NCBI GenBank assembly: GCA_003135555.1
Contig: PLCF01000051.1
Location: 1-21,122 of the forward strand
DNA length: 21,122 nt
Direction: 5' to 3'
DNA from: Vulcanimicrobiota bacterium
GTDB taxonomy: Bacteria > Vulcanimicrobiota > Vulcanimicrobiia > Vulcanimicrobiales > Vulcanimicrobiaceae
Below the pieces are notes generated by a model. That model saw nothing but the letters and a program-made list of their open reading frames with translations, was not told the DNA's origin and did not search any database. Made by a program: the position numbers and the translations under genes. Within the stretch, counting starts at the first letter, position 1, and each line of letters starts with the position of its first letter. Below, one piece after another: positions 9,419-19,403 of the stretch.

Positions 9419-11281
9419 GTGCACGTCGTCGGCACGGCGGGTCACGTCGATCATGGGAAATCGTCGCTGGTGCGCGCGCTGACCGGAACCGATCCCGACC
9501 GCTGGATTGAAGAGCAGCTGCGCGGGATGACGCTCGACCTCGGGTTCGCGCATTTGCGCTTCGACGACGGGGTCGAAGCCGGGATCGTCGACGTCCCCGG
9601 ACACGAGCGCTTCCTGCACAACATGCTCGCCGGCGCGGCGGGGATGGACGTGCTGCTCCTGGTCGTCGCCGCCAACGAAGGCGTCCGTCCCCAAACGCTC
9701 GAGCACCTCGCGATCGTGGACTTTCTCAACGTGCGGCGGGCGATCGTGGTCTTGACCAAGCGCGATCTCGTCGACGATGCCGCCCTGGCCGAGGTCGAGC
9801 GCGAGGTGCGTGCGGCGATCGACGGAACCGTCGCGCAGGGCGCGCCGGCGATCGCGGTCTCCACCCTGAGCGGCGACGGGATCGACGCGTTGCGCGCCAC
9901 GATCCACGCGACGCTCGCCGCGTTGCCGCCACGCCCGGCCGGCGCTCCGGTGTTTCTGCCGGTCGACCGCGTCTTCGCCTTGCCCGGCCACGGCACGATC
10001 GTTACCGGAACGCTGATGCAGGGGACGCTGCGCGTCGGTGAGACGCTGCGGCTCGAGCCGCCCGGCCGCGCCGTACGGGTGCGCGCCCTGCACGTCTTCG
10101 GATCCCCGCGCGACGCCGTCGGCGCCGGTGCCCGCGTCGCGGTGAACCTGCCCGGCGTCGAGGTCGGTGAGCTGCGGCGCGGCGCGGTGCTCGGCGACGA
10201 CACGTTCGCCCCGAATGCGGCGCTGTCGGTGCGCTTTCGCGCGCTACCCGGTGCGGAGCGAATCCTGCACCGGCGCACGCCGGTGCGGGCGTATCTCGGC
10301 GCGGCCGAGATTCTGGGCACGCTGGTGTTCGACGATGCCGCACCACCGCCGGCGGCGACACCGGCCGGGGCGACGCTGCATCTGCGCCGCGCGACGACGA
10401 CCTATCCCGGCGAGGCCTTCGTGGTGCGCTCGGTCTCACCCAAGACGCTGCTCGGCGGCGGGACCGTCGGCGCCGGTGCGGTGGCGTCGTTCGATGCGGT
10501 CGCGCCCGACGTCGAGGCGGTCGCGAGCGTGCTCGCCGCGGCCGGGCTGAGCCCGCGTACCGCCGCCGAGCTCGGCGCACGCGCGAACGTGCGCGAAGAG
10601 CGGGCCGTCGAGATTCTGGCCGAGCTCGTCGCGAGCGGCTCGGCGCGGCGGCTGCAAAAGCCGGCCGGTTACCTCGACGGCGCGGCGGCCGACGCGCTGG
10701 CCGAGCGCATCGGCGCGTCGCTGCTGCGGCGTGAATCGGAATCGGCGTGGATGCTCGGAACCACCTCTCTCGCGCTGGCGCGCGAGCTCAGCCTCGACGA
10801 AGGTTTTCTGGTGCGCTTTCTGGCCGCTGAGGCCGAGGACGGGCGGCTGGCGGCGCGGGCGGGCTATTTCGCGACCGTGAGCCATCGGCCGCGCCTCAGC
10901 GAAGAACAGCGTGCGTTCTTCGAGCGCGTGGTCGTCGCCGACGCCGCGCAACCGCTCGTCCCCGTGCCGCTCGACGACGTCGTCGGCGAGCTGCGCCGAG
11001 CCCGGATCCCGGGGATCGCGCAGGCATTCGATACGCTCCTAGCGACCGGTGCGCTGGTCAAGGTCGGGGGCGACGTGTATCGGGGCGTCCAGATCGCCGA
11101 GATTCGCAAGCGCCTCGAGGCCGCCGTGCGCAGCACCGGGCCCATCACGATGTCCCGATTCCGCGACGCGGTCGGAACCACGCGTAAGTACGCCGTGCCG
11201 CTCATGGAGTGGTTCGACGCCACCGGTGTGACGGTCCGCGACGGGGACGTGCGCGCGTTGCGGCAAAGCGGCCTGCGTTGA
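9419..11281 (+). CDS. selB: Selenocysteine-specific elongation factor
   Basis: GTAGHVDHGKS, RGMTLDLGFA, DVPGHERFLHNMLAG, TKRD and C-terminal winged helix TRKYAVPLMEWFD; follows selA. Confidence 0.96.
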   Translation: MHVVGTAGHVDHGKSSLVRALTGTDPDRWIEEQLRGMTLDLGFAHLRFDDGVEAGIVDVPGHERFLHNMLAGAAGMDVLLLVVAANEGVRPQTLEHLAIVDFLNVRRAIVVLTKRDLVDDAALAEVEREVRAAIDGTVAQGAPAIAVSTLSGDGIDALRATIHATLAALPPRPAGAPVFLPVDRVFALPGHGTIVTGTLMQGTLRVGETLRLEPPGRAVRVRALHVFGSPRDAVGAGARVAVNLPGVEVGELRRGAVLGDDTFAPNAALSVRFRALPGAERILHRRTPVRAYLGAAEILGTLVFDDAAPPPAATPAGATLHLRRATTTYPGEAFVVRSVSPKTLLGGGTVGAGAVASFDAVAPDVEAVASVLAAAGLSPRTAAELGARANVREERAVEILAELVASGSARRLQKPAGYLDGAAADALAERIGASLLRRESESAWMLGTTSLALARELSLDEGFLVRFLAAEAEDGRLAARAGYFATVSHRPRLSEEQRAFFERVVVADAAQPLVPVPLDDVVGELRRARIPGIAQAFDTLLATGALVKVGGDVYRGVQIAEIRKRLEAAVRSTGPITMSRFRDAVGTTRKYAVPLMEWFDATGVTVRDGDVRALRQSGLR

Positions 11282-14200
11282 GCGGTCTTCCCCCGCCCCA
11301 GTCCGCCGCCGCTGCGCAGGCGAGCGGCGCCTCGATTCTCGACGCCGACCTGCGCGCGTTTCTCGAAACGTTGCCGCAGATCGTCTGGCGCACGACGGCG
11401 GACGGCTTGCACGACTACTTCAACGGGTTCTGGCACGACTACAGCGGGCTCACCCCCGAAGCGTCGCTGGGCGACCGATGGACCGGCGCGATCCACGCCG
11501 ACGATGCCGTGGCCGCGACCGCAGCGTGGCGAGCGACCGTGCGCGAAGAGGCGCCCTACGATATCGAGTTTCGCCTGCGCGGCCGCGGCGGCGCGTATCG
11601 CTGGTTTCTCGCCCGCGCGACGCCGCTGCGCGACGCGAGCGGTCGCATCGTGCACTGGTACGGCACGTGCACCGACATCGATGCGCAGAAGCGCGTCGAG
11701 GTGCAGTTCCGCGCCATCGCCGAGGCGATCCCGCAGATGGTGTTCACTGCGCTCCCCGACGGCAGCATGGAGTATCTCAACGCGCACGTGTACGACTACA
11801 CCGGGATCGAACGCGATCCGGCCGCGTGGTCGTTGCGCGCGCTCGTCCACTCCGACGACTTGGCAGCGATGTTCGGCGCATGGCGGGGTTCGATCGCGAG
11901 CGGCGATCCGTATGAAGCCGAAACGCGGCTGTTGCGCGCCGACGGCGCCTATCGCTGGTTCATCGTACGCGCGAGCGCGCTGCGCGATCCTGAGACCGGC
12001 GCGCTGACGCGCTGGTTCGGCACCTGTACCGACGTCGACGACCTGCACGGCGCCGCCACGCGCGACGCGTTCTTGGCCCGCGCCGACGAGCTCTTCGGCG
12101 TCGAGCTCGACCCTGAGGCGATCGTGCGCGCCGTCGCGCGGGCCGCGGTCGAGTCGTTCGCCGACTACGTATTCTTCGATCTCGCCGCCGAGGACGGGCA
12201 GCTGCGGCGTGCCGCGGTCGACCACCGCGACCCCAGCGGCCGAGAGCGGCTCCAACGTTCGCTGGGGGAAGCAGCGCCGGCGGAGCACCCGATCCGCCCG
12301 GTCTCGACCGCGTGGCGCAGCGGCGAGAGCGTGTTGGTGCCGCGCATCGACGCGTCATGGTGGCGGCGTGCGGCGATGGACGATGCCCACTTCGAGCGGA
12401 TGCGCGGCGAAGGGCTGTCATCGCTGATCACCGTGCTCATCACATCACGCGGACGGCGCTACGGCGTGCTCTCGTTCTGCCGCGCGCACGCCTCGCAGAG
12501 CTACGGTGATTTCGAGCTGGTGACCGCCGAGGAACTGGCGCGGCGCGTCGGTGCGGCGCTCGAAAACGCGCAGCTGTACCAGGAAGCACGCGCGGCGGCC
12601 GAAGCGCACCGCACCATCGCGGAGCGCGAGGCGTTCTACGCGCGGCTCGGCGAGGAGTTGGCCGAAACGCTCTACCTGCGCGAAACGCTCGACATCGCGA
12701 CGCGCCTGCTCGTGCCGTCATTCGCGGACTGGGCGGTGGTGAACTTGATCGACCAGGACGACGCGCTTTTCCTCGCGGCGTCCCATCATCGCGATCCCAC
12801 TCTGGACGCGCGGACGCGCCGCCTGCTCGACCTGCGCTACCTCGCCGCCGAAGCGCACGGCGGCTCGCCCGCGGTCGTGCGCACGAAGCAGCCCGTGATC
12901 TACGAGCACGTCCCGCAGGGCGGTATCGGTGCAGTGACGGGACCGTACCGCGAAGCGATCGGCGCGCTCGGCGTGACGTCGGCGGCGATCGTTCCAATCG
13001 CCTTTGGCGGTGCAGTGCGTGGCACGATCGCGATCATGTACGACCGCACCTCGGAGCGCCACTACTCTCAGGCCGATCTGCCGTTCTTCGTCGAGGTCGC
13101 GCGCCGCTTGTCGCCGGCGATCGGAAACGCCGAAGCGTACGAACGCGAGCGGCGGGTCGCATGGACGTTCCAAGCCGCCGCGCTCACGATGGACCTGCCG
13201 CGCGTCGCCGGGATCTCGTTCGACGCGCTCTACGAGCCCAGCCGCAGCGAGGCGCTCATCGGCGGCGACTGGTACGATGCGTTTCGCGTCGCCGACGGCC
13301 GAATCGTGCTGACCATCGGCGACGTGGCGGGCAGCGGGCTCGACGCGGCCGCGACGATGGCGGGGATTCGCCAGAGCCTGCGCGGCGCCGCCGCGATCAA
13401 CCCCGATCCCTCGGTGATGCTCGACGCCGCCGATCGCGTGCTGCGCTGGCAGGCACCCGAACGATTCGTGACCGCCTGGGTCGGGGTGCTCGATCCGGTG
13501 TGGGCGACGCTGATGACCGCGGGGGCCGGCCATCCGCCGCCCTTGGAGCGACGCGCGGATGGAAGCGTGCGCCAACTCCCGGCCGGCGGTCTGCCGCTCG
13601 GCCTGCGCGAGCGCGGCGGCGACGTGACGCGCCAGCTCGTGCTGGCCCCGGGCAGCGCACTGCTGCTCTACACCGACGGTTTGATCGAGGCCGGTCGCGA
13701 CGTGATCGCCGGCGAGGCGGCGGTCGCGCTGGCGCTGCGTGGGGCCGACGTCGAAACGGCACCGGCACGCGCGATCCATCAGGCCGTCCTGGGCGACATC
13801 GTGGCCAGCGACGACGTGGCGCTGCTCGTCGTCGCCTTTCGCGATTCGCTGTTTGCGCTTGGTGGCGAGCGCGGTGCGCAGCGCTGGACGTTCGATGTCA
13901 ACGACCGCGCTGCGGCGACGCAGGCGCGCACCGCGATGGTCGAGGTACTGGAACGGCGCGGCGTCGCCGAGCTCGAGCGCACGATCGCCGAGCTCATCTT
14001 CGCCGAGCTGATCGGCAACGTGAAACGGTACGCCCCCGGCCCCGTGGACGTCGCGCTCGATCTCAGCGGCGAGTTCGGCGTCCTCCACGTGGTCGATTCC
14101 GGCGAAGGCTTTCAGCACAACGCGCGCTTGCCCGCCGACGCGCTCTCCGAGAACGGGCGCGGCTTGTTCATCGTCGCGACGATCGCCGAAGAGTTCGCGG

Positions 14201-14295
14201 TGACACGCGTTCCGGGCGGCGGAGCGCACGCGCGCGCCGTGCTGCCGGGCCGCCTCGGGGGAGTCCCCGAACCCGCCTACACCAGCGCGAATTAG
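11278..14295 (+). CDS. Multi-sensor SpoIIE/PP2C phosphatase with anti-sigma-kinase-like HATPase tail (PAS-PAS-GAF-GAF-SpoIIE-HATPase)
   Basis: Two PAS/PAC repeats (YRWFL.RA.P.RD..G....WYGTCTDID), two GAF repeats, IGGDWYD / IGDVAGSG / AGHPPP / LYTDGLIE / DDVALL phosphatase motifs, and ELIGN...D.GEGF...GRGLFIV. TTG 11278 overlaps the selB stop. Confidence 0.88.
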   Translation: MSGLPPPQSAAAAQASGASILDADLRAFLETLPQIVWRTTADGLHDYFNGFWHDYSGLTPEASLGDRWTGAIHADDAVAATAAWRATVREEAPYDIEFRLRGRGGAYRWFLARATPLRDASGRIVHWYGTCTDIDAQKRVEVQFRAIAEAIPQMVFTALPDGSMEYLNAHVYDYTGIERDPAAWSLRALVHSDDLAAMFGAWRGSIASGDPYEAETRLLRADGAYRWFIVRASALRDPETGALTRWFGTCTDVDDLHGAATRDAFLARADELFGVELDPEAIVRAVARAAVESFADYVFFDLAAEDGQLRRAAVDHRDPSGRERLQRSLGEAAPAEHPIRPVSTAWRSGESVLVPRIDASWWRRAAMDDAHFERMRGEGLSSLITVLITSRGRRYGVLSFCRAHASQSYGDFELVTAEELARRVGAALENAQLYQEARAAAEAHRTIAEREAFYARLGEELAETLYLRETLDIATRLLVPSFADWAVVNLIDQDDALFLAASHHRDPTLDARTRRLLDLRYLAAEAHGGSPAVVRTKQPVIYEHVPQGGIGAVTGPYREAIGALGVTSAAIVPIAFGGAVRGTIAIMYDRTSERHYSQADLPFFVEVARRLSPAIGNAEAYERERRVAWTFQAAALTMDLPRVAGISFDALYEPSRSEALIGGDWYDAFRVADGRIVLTIGDVAGSGLDAAATMAGIRQSLRGAAAINPDPSVMLDAADRVLRWQAPERFVTAWVGVLDPVWATLMTAGAGHPPPLERRADGSVRQLPAGGLPLGLRERGGDVTRQLVLAPGSALLLYTDGLIEAGRDVIAGEAAVALALRGADVETAPARAIHQAVLGDIVASDDVALLVVAFRDSLFALGGERGAQRWTFDVNDRAAATQARTAMVEVLERRGVAELERTIAELIFAELIGNVKRYAPGPVDVALDLSGEFGVLHVVDSGEGFQHNARLPADALSENGRGLFIVATIAEEFAVTRVPGGGAHARAVLPGRLGGVPEPAYTSAN

Positions 14296-15554
14296 ACGAT
14301 GGCGATGCTCTTGCGGTAGTCCGCGGCGAAGATCGACTTGGGGATCATCGCGTGGACGCCGTTTTGCACGTCGACCATCTGGGTGATGCGGAAGTCGACG
14401 CCGATCGAGGCCAGCCCGTAGGCGTCGTCCCGGCTGAGCCCGGCCTTGTCGTGCAGGAAGTCGATAGTGTTGCGCAACGCCACGCGTAACGCGTCGTTCA
14501 CCGACGGATCGAGTCCCAGCGCGATCCAGTGCGTTGCGGTTTCGGCGAACGGCCACTTCGGGGCCACGTTCTTGTGCAGGATCACCTGCATCCGGACTTC
14601 TTTCATCGCCGTCTCGATCGCGGTGAGGTTCACCTCGCCGTCGCCTTGCAGCGCGTGCGAGTCGCCGGTGAAGATCAACGCACCGGGATGGATTACCGGC
14701 ACGAACAGCGACGAGCCCGCGGTCAAGTCTTTGAGGTCGATGTTGCCGGCGTGCTTGCCGGGCGCGACCGAGCTGACCGCCTTGTCGCCCTCCGCGGCGA
14801 TGCCGATTGTTCCCTGAAACGGCTTGAGCTCGAGGCGAATGCGATCGTTGAAGGCGACGTACTGCTGCGCGGGATCGAGCTTGAAATAGTGGACGTGACC
14901 GTCGGGAAACTCGTCGGGCAATGTCCCCGTCTTGATCGTCGCGCCCGGGTTGTGGAAGTTCGCGCCGAAGCCGACTGTCTCGAGGCGCAGGAACCGGATC
15001 TGCACCGTGTCGCCGGGCATAGCGCCTTTGACCGCGATCGGTCCGATGATGCTGTGCACGCCGCGCCCCGGACTGTTCCGGCGCATGTTCGCGAGCTCGT
15101 CGGCGGGCACGCCGGGTTGAAGCTTGTTGAGGAAATGGGTCCAGGTGTTCTCGTACACGACGACGTCGCCGGAATCGACGCTGAGGATCGGCGCCTTGGC
15201 GGGATCGAAGAGGCCTTGAACGACCGTGTCGTTGTTCGACGGCACGACGTGCGTGCGCCCGAGCGCGACCGGCTTTACCGTCGACGTCCAGTCGTACGAG
15301 GAGTTACCGGCGGTCGGGGCCGCCGATGTCGTGTCGGGCAGCACCGTGTCGGCCAGCGCGAACGCAGCGGCGGCGCCGCCGATTCTCAGGGCGCCGGCGC
15401 GCGACACGCGCCAGCCTTCGTAGCGCTCCTCGACCTCGGCGCCGTCGACCGCGTCGTGCGCGCGCAGCTCGCGCCGGCGCTTCTCGTCGCTCAAGAATCC
15501 GGTCAACGCGTGGGAGAAACGCTTCCCGATCCAGTGCTCGCTGCAGCCGAACAT
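14292..15554 (-). CDS. Acetamidase/formamidase (FmdA/AmdA) family protein
   Basis: GPIAVKGAMPGD, PFQGTIG, HAGNIDLKDL..GS.LFVPV...GAL...GDSHALQGDGEV..TAIE, AYGLAS..VDFRITQMVD; ATG 15554 with GGAGGTGA RBS. Confidence 0.9.
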   Translation of the reverse strand: MFGCSEHWIGKRFSHALTGFLSDEKRRRELRAHDAVDGAEVEERYEGWRVSRAGALRIGGAAAAFALADTVLPDTTSAAPTAGNSSYDWTSTVKPVALGRTHVVPSNNDTVVQGLFDPAKAPILSVDSGDVVVYENTWTHFLNKLQPGVPADELANMRRNSPGRGVHSIIGPIAVKGAMPGDTVQIRFLRLETVGFGANFHNPGATIKTGTLPDEFPDGHVHYFKLDPAQQYVAFNDRIRLELKPFQGTIGIAAEGDKAVSSVAPGKHAGNIDLKDLTAGSSLFVPVIHPGALIFTGDSHALQGDGEVNLTAIETAMKEVRMQVILHKNVAPKWPFAETATHWIALGLDPSVNDALRVALRNTIDFLHDKAGLSRDDAYGLASIGVDFRITQMVDVQNGVHAMIPKSIFAADYRKSIAIV

Positions 15555-15634
15555 AGCTTCACCTCCGAGAGTCTGCCGTGCCGTTGCTGCTCCGACCCGG
15601 CGTTCGGCCGCTCCTTCGGCCGACCGGTACATCC

Positions 15635-16303
15635 CTAGCGCGCGGCGCTCTCGCGCAGCGTCGCCAAGATGCGATCGCGGCTTCCGGTGAGGTGCGCGCT
15701 CATGCGCTCGACGGCCAGCTCGGCCTCGCCGTGGGCGACCGCGTCGGCGATCCCCTCGTGATCGTCCCAGGTGTCGACCGGATAGTCCCCGGCTTGGAAG
15801 TACGCGTGCATCACGCGCATGATCTGCGACCACTGCGCTCCCAGGGCGGCGACGAGGTGCGCGTTGTCCGACGCCGCGGCGATGTCGGCGTGAAAGTCGC
15901 GGTCGAGCCGGAACAGCGCCGTCAGGTTCCGCGCCGCGATCGCTTGGCGCGCCTGCGCGTGGCGCTGCTTCGTCGCGCCTCGCAGGTCCGCAAAGCGCTC
16001 CGCCGCGCGCCGGAGCGCAAGCGATTCGAGTGCGAGCCTGAGCTCGTAGAGGTCGACGATGTCCTTGGGCGCCAGCGGCCGCACGATCGCGCCCCGGTTG
16101 GGGGTGATCACGACCAGCCCCTCACCTTCGAGCCGGCGCAGCGCCTCGCGCAGCGGTATGCGGCTCATCCCGAAGGCCTCGGCCAGCTCTTCCTGGACCA
16201 GGCGGGTGCCCGGAGCGTAGCGCCCGGTCAAGATCGCCTCGCGCACCGCGTCGACGAGGCCTTCCGAGCGCGGCTCCAAGCCCCGTGCGAGGTTCAATGC
16301 CAT
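15635..16303 (-). CDS. GntR family (FadR/FCD subfamily) transcriptional regulator
   Basis: REAILTG.YAPGTRL....LAEAFGMSRIPLREALRRLEGEGLV...PNRGA.V HTH, plus an FCD domain (D..FH..I...S.N..L...H..I..A). Confidence 0.93.
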   Translation of the reverse strand: MALNLARGLEPRSEGLVDAVREAILTGRYAPGTRLVQEELAEAFGMSRIPLREALRRLEGEGLVVITPNRGAIVRPLAPKDIVDLYELRLALESLALRRAAERFADLRGATKQRHAQARQAIAARNLTALFRLDRDFHADIAAASDNAHLVAALGAQWSQIMRVMHAYFQAGDYPVDTWDDHEGIADAVAHGEAELAVERMSAHLTGSRDRILATLRESAAR

Positions 16304-16306
16304 ACG

Positions 16307-16316
16307 ATTGTATACA
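16307..16316. promoter_or_regulatory. Putative GntR operator 1 (ATTGTATACA) next to the gntR start
   Basis: TGTATACA palindrome at 16309-16316; shares ATTGTATACA with site 2. Confidence 0.7.
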
Positions 16317-16330
16317 CCCGACAGGAGGGG

Positions 16331-16362
16331 TTGACCTCCCCCACCGTAAAATTGTATACAAT
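16331..16362 (+). promoter_or_regulatory. Putative sigma70-type promoter of the mutase operon
   Basis: TTGACC at 16331-16336, with TATACA (16355) or TACAAT (16357) downstream (spacer 18 or 20 bp); RBS GGAGGT at 16370-16375. Confidence 0.5.
16351..16362. promoter_or_regulatory. Putative GntR operator 2 (perfect palindrome ATTGTATACAAT)
   Basis: 12-bp perfect AT-rich palindrome in GC-rich DNA, overlapping the -10 region; TGT-N-ACA is typical of GntR-family operators. Confidence 0.75.
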
Positions 16363-16385
16363 CTAGACCGGAGGTAGCCCGAGCC

Positions 16386-18062
16386 GTGCAGACGACCGAG
16401 AAGACCATCGCCGACGAGCAGCGCGAGTGGGAGCAACTGACGCTGCTGCCCTTTACCGCACGCCGCCCCGAATCGCGTGAGGCGTTCCGCACCCAAGGCG
16501 GGGCAGTGCTCGAACGGGTCTACACGCCCGCCCACGTCGCGGACATCGACTTCAGCCGCGACATCGGCTTCCCGGGCCAGTTCCCGTACACGCGTGGGCC
16601 CTACCCCACGATGTACCGGGCGCAGCCGTGGACGATGCGCCAGATCGCCGGCTTCGGCACCGCCGACGACACGAACGCGCGCTTCCGGTTCCTCATCGCG
16701 CAGGGTCAGACCGGAATCTCGACCGACTTCGACATGCCGACGCTCATGGGCTACGACTCCGACGACGTGCGCAGCGAGGGCGAGGTCGGGCGCGAGGGCG
16801 TCGCGATCGACAGCGTCGACGACATGCTCGATCTCTACGCTGGGATCGACCTCGAGCAGATCAGCGTCTCGATGACGATCAACCCGTCGGCCTGGATCCT
16901 ACTCGCCATGTACCTCGTGGTCGCCGAAGAGCGCGGCTTCGACCGCACCAAGCTCTCGGGGACGATCCAGAACGACATCATCAAAGAGTACGTCGCGCAG
17001 AAGGAGTGGGTCTATCCGCCGCGACCGGCGATGCGCATCGTGCGCGACACCATCACCTATTCGGCGCAGCACCTGCCGCGCTACAACCCCGTCAACGTCA
17101 GCGGCTACCACACGCGCGAAGCGGGGAGCACGGCGATCCAGGAGGTCGCCTTCACCCTGGCGGCTGGGATCGCATACGTCGAAGAGGTCGTGAAGGCCGG
17201 GATCGACGTCGACGACTTCGCGCCGCGCCTGTCGTTCTTTTTCGTGTCACAGATCGACTTCTTGGAAGAGGTCGCCAAGTTCCGGGCCGCGCGCCGCGTC
17301 TGGGCGCGCGTCATGAAGGAGCGCTTCGGCGCGCGCAAGCCCGAATCGATGCGGCTGCGTTTCCACTGTCAGACCGCCGGCGTGTCGTGCACCGCACGCG
17401 AGCCGCTCAACAACATCGCCCGCACTGCGATCGAAGCGCTGGCCGCCGTTTGCGGGGGCGCGCAGTCGCTGCACACCAACGGCTACGACGAAGCCCTCTC
17501 GATTCCCAGCGAGCCGGCGATGAAGATCGCGCTGCGCACCCAACAGATCATCGCCGAAGAAGTCGGGATCGGCGGCACGATCGATCCGCTGGCCGGCTCC
17601 TACGCGCTCGAACGGCTCACCGCCGACATCGAGAAGGGCTGCTTCGACTACTTCGCTGAGGTCGACAAGCGCGGCGGCGTCGTGAAATGCCTCGAGGACA
17701 ACTACTTCCAGATGGAGTTGGCCGACGCGGCGTACGACCTGCACCGCCGCAAGGAGGCCGGCGAACGGCACATCGTCAGCGTGACGAAGTACCGCGATGA
17801 CAGCGCCAACCCGGTGGTCGAGCTGCACCACGCCGACGAGGGCGCGGCGGACCGGCAGCTGGCGCGGCTGCGCAAGACCAAGGCGGCGCGCGACGCGAAC
17901 GCCGTGAGCAGGGCCCTCGACGAGATCGTGCGGGTCGCGAAGACCGACGAGAACCTCATGCCGGCGACGATCGCCGCCGTGAAGGCGCGCGCGACCGGCG
18001 GCGAGATCGTCAACGCGCTGCGTCCCGTATTCGGGACGTACGTCGAGACGCCGGTCTTTTGA
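16386..18062 (+). CDS. hcmA: B12-dependent acyl-CoA mutase large subunit, 2-hydroxyisobutyryl-CoA mutase type
   Basis: [22 protein letters not shown] (Ile87 where MCM has Tyr89), [17 protein letters not shown] (Asp114), [14 protein letters not shown] (Gln205 where MCM has Arg207), SGYH.REAG, QSLHTN.YDEAL; no B12 domain in this polypeptide. Confidence 0.88.
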   Translation: MQTTEKTIADEQREWEQLTLLPFTARRPESREAFRTQGGAVLERVYTPAHVADIDFSRDIGFPGQFPYTRGPYPTMYRAQPWTMRQIAGFGTADDTNARFRFLIAQGQTGISTDFDMPTLMGYDSDDVRSEGEVGREGVAIDSVDDMLDLYAGIDLEQISVSMTINPSAWILLAMYLVVAEERGFDRTKLSGTIQNDIIKEYVAQKEWVYPPRPAMRIVRDTITYSAQHLPRYNPVNVSGYHTREAGSTAIQEVAFTLAAGIAYVEEVVKAGIDVDDFAPRLSFFFVSQIDFLEEVAKFRAARRVWARVMKERFGARKPESMRLRFHCQTAGVSCTAREPLNNIARTAIEALAAVCGGAQSLHTNGYDEALSIPSEPAMKIALRTQQIIAEEVGIGGTIDPLAGSYALERLTADIEKGCFDYFAEVDKRGGVVKCLEDNYFQMELADAAYDLHRRKEAGERHIVSVTKYRDDSANPVVELHHADEGAADRQLARLRKTKAARDANAVSRALDEIVRVAKTDENLMPATIAAVKARATGGEIVNALRPVFGTYVETPVF

Positions 18063-18982
18063 TCGCCCGCCGCGTGCACCGCGATCTGGCGCGGGCGATC
18101 ACGAGCGTCGAGAACGGCATCGCGGACTACCAGGTCACGGCGGCGCGGCTCGCCGCTCAAGGGCACCGCCGCGAGGGCGCGGGCCACGCCGCCATCATCG
18201 GCGTGACCGGTCCGCCCGGCGCCGGCAAGTCGACGCTGGTCGACCGGCTGATCGAGGGCTTCCGTGCGAACGGTGAAACCGTCGCGGTGATCGCCGTCGA
18301 TCCGTCGTCGCCGTTCACGCACGGTGCGGTACTGGGCGATCGGGTGCGCATGCAGCGGCACGCCGGCGACGCCGGCGTCTTCATCCGCAGCATGGCCTCG
18401 CGCAGCGCCGGCGGCGGGCTCGCGCCCGCGACTCGCGACGCGGTGCGGCTGGCCGATGCGGCGGGCTTCGACGTCGTGGTCGTCGAGACGGTCGGCGTCG
18501 GCCAAGTCGAGCTCGAGATCGTCGCCGTCGCCGACGTGATCGTGGTCGTCACCGTCCCCGCGCTGGGCGACAGCGTTCAGACGATCAAGGCCGGTTTGAC
18601 CGAGATTGCCGACATCTTCGTGGTCAACATGGCCGATCGGCCCGGCGCGAACGCGACCGCGGTCGACCTCAAGCACATGGTCCGCGAAGGCAAGCGCGAG
18701 ATTCCCGTGCTGCAGACCATCGCGCGCGACGGCACCGGCGTATCCGAATTGTTCGCGGCGCTCGGGGCGCGGCGGGGCGCCGAAGACTCGAACGCGGTTC
18801 GCGCGGTCCGCTTCGAGCTGGTGCGCCGCGCGCGCGACGAGGCGGTGCGCCACGCGCTGGCCGCGCTCGATTCACCCGATGCCGCGGCGATCCTCGAGCG
18901 GCTGCGAGCCCACGAACTCACGCGCAACGACGCGATCGATCTCTTGCTCCCCATGCTCGGAGGACCCGTTCATGCCCATTAA
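18059..18982 (+). CDS. meaB: MeaB/MeaH (ArgK) family GTPase chaperone of the mutase
   Basis: [66 protein letters not shown] overlaps the hcmA stop. Confidence 0.93.
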   Translation: MIARRVHRDLARAITSVENGIADYQVTAARLAAQGHRREGAGHAAIIGVTGPPGAGKSTLVDRLIEGFRANGETVAVIAVDPSSPFTHGAVLGDRVRMQRHAGDAGVFIRSMASRSAGGGLAPATRDAVRLADAAGFDVVVVETVGVGQVELEIVAVADVIVVVTVPALGDSVQTIKAGLTEIADIFVVNMADRPGANATAVDLKHMVREGKREIPVLQTIARDGTGVSELFAALGARRGAEDSNAVRAVRFELVRRARDEAVRHALAALDSPDAAAILERLRAHELTRNDAIDLLLPMLGGPVHAH

Positions 18983-19403
18983 GGTACTCGTCGCCAAGCC
19001 CGGACTCGACGGCCACGACCGCGGTGCGAAGATCGTCGCGCGGGCCTTGCGCGACGCGGGGATGGAAGTGGTCTACACCGGCCTGCACCAGACGCCCGAG
19101 ATGATCGTCACCGCAGCGGTGCAAGAAGACGTCGACGTGGTCGGCGTGAGCATTCTCTCCGGCGCGCACATGACGATCTTTCCAAAGATCATGGCGCTGC
19201 TCAAGGAGCACGACGTCGACGACATCGCGGTCGTCGGCGGCGGCGTGATCCAAGAGGCCGACATCCCCAAGCTCAAGGCGCTGGGCGTACGCGAGATCTT
19301 CAACGCGGAGGCGACGACGCAAGAGCTGATCGACGGCATCGAGCGGATCGTCGGCGAGACCGGCCGGGATCGCTCGCGGCGCGAAGCCGGCGCGGCGCGG
19401 TGA
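18972..19403 (+). CDS. hcmB: Cobalamin-binding small subunit of the mutase
   Basis: [18 protein letters not shown] (DxHxxG), [17 protein letters not shown] 18972 with GGAGG RBS. Confidence 0.9.
   Translation: MPIKVLVAKPGLDGHDRGAKIVARALRDAGMEVVYTGLHQTPEMIVTAAVQEDVDVVGVSILSGAHMTIFPKIMALLKEHDVDDIAVVGGGVIQEADIPKLKALGVREIFNAEATTQELIDGIERIVGETGRDRSRREAGAAR

Noticed and set aside
11350..12040. Internal sequence repeat (TATCGCTGGTT...GGCAC.TG.ACCGAC)
   Set aside because: It is explained by the tandem PAS/PAC domains.
15555..15634. Short TTCGGCCG duplication between gntR and the amidase
   Set aside because: Only two 8-bp GC-rich copies; not a CRISPR, tRNA or supportable regulatory element.
16324..16375. 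GGAGG/CCTCC inverted repeat and ACCTCC complementary to the hcmA SD (possible riboswitch or anti-SD switch)
   Set aside because: It lies upstream of the probable -10 and so is likely not in the hcmA mRNA. The spacer is too short for a cobalamin riboswitch and shows no B12 box.
16386..18062. Annotation as methylmalonyl-CoA or isobutyryl-CoA mutase
   Set aside because: It lacks the Tyr/Arg pair of MCM and the Phe of ICM, and has Ile/Asp/Gln instead.
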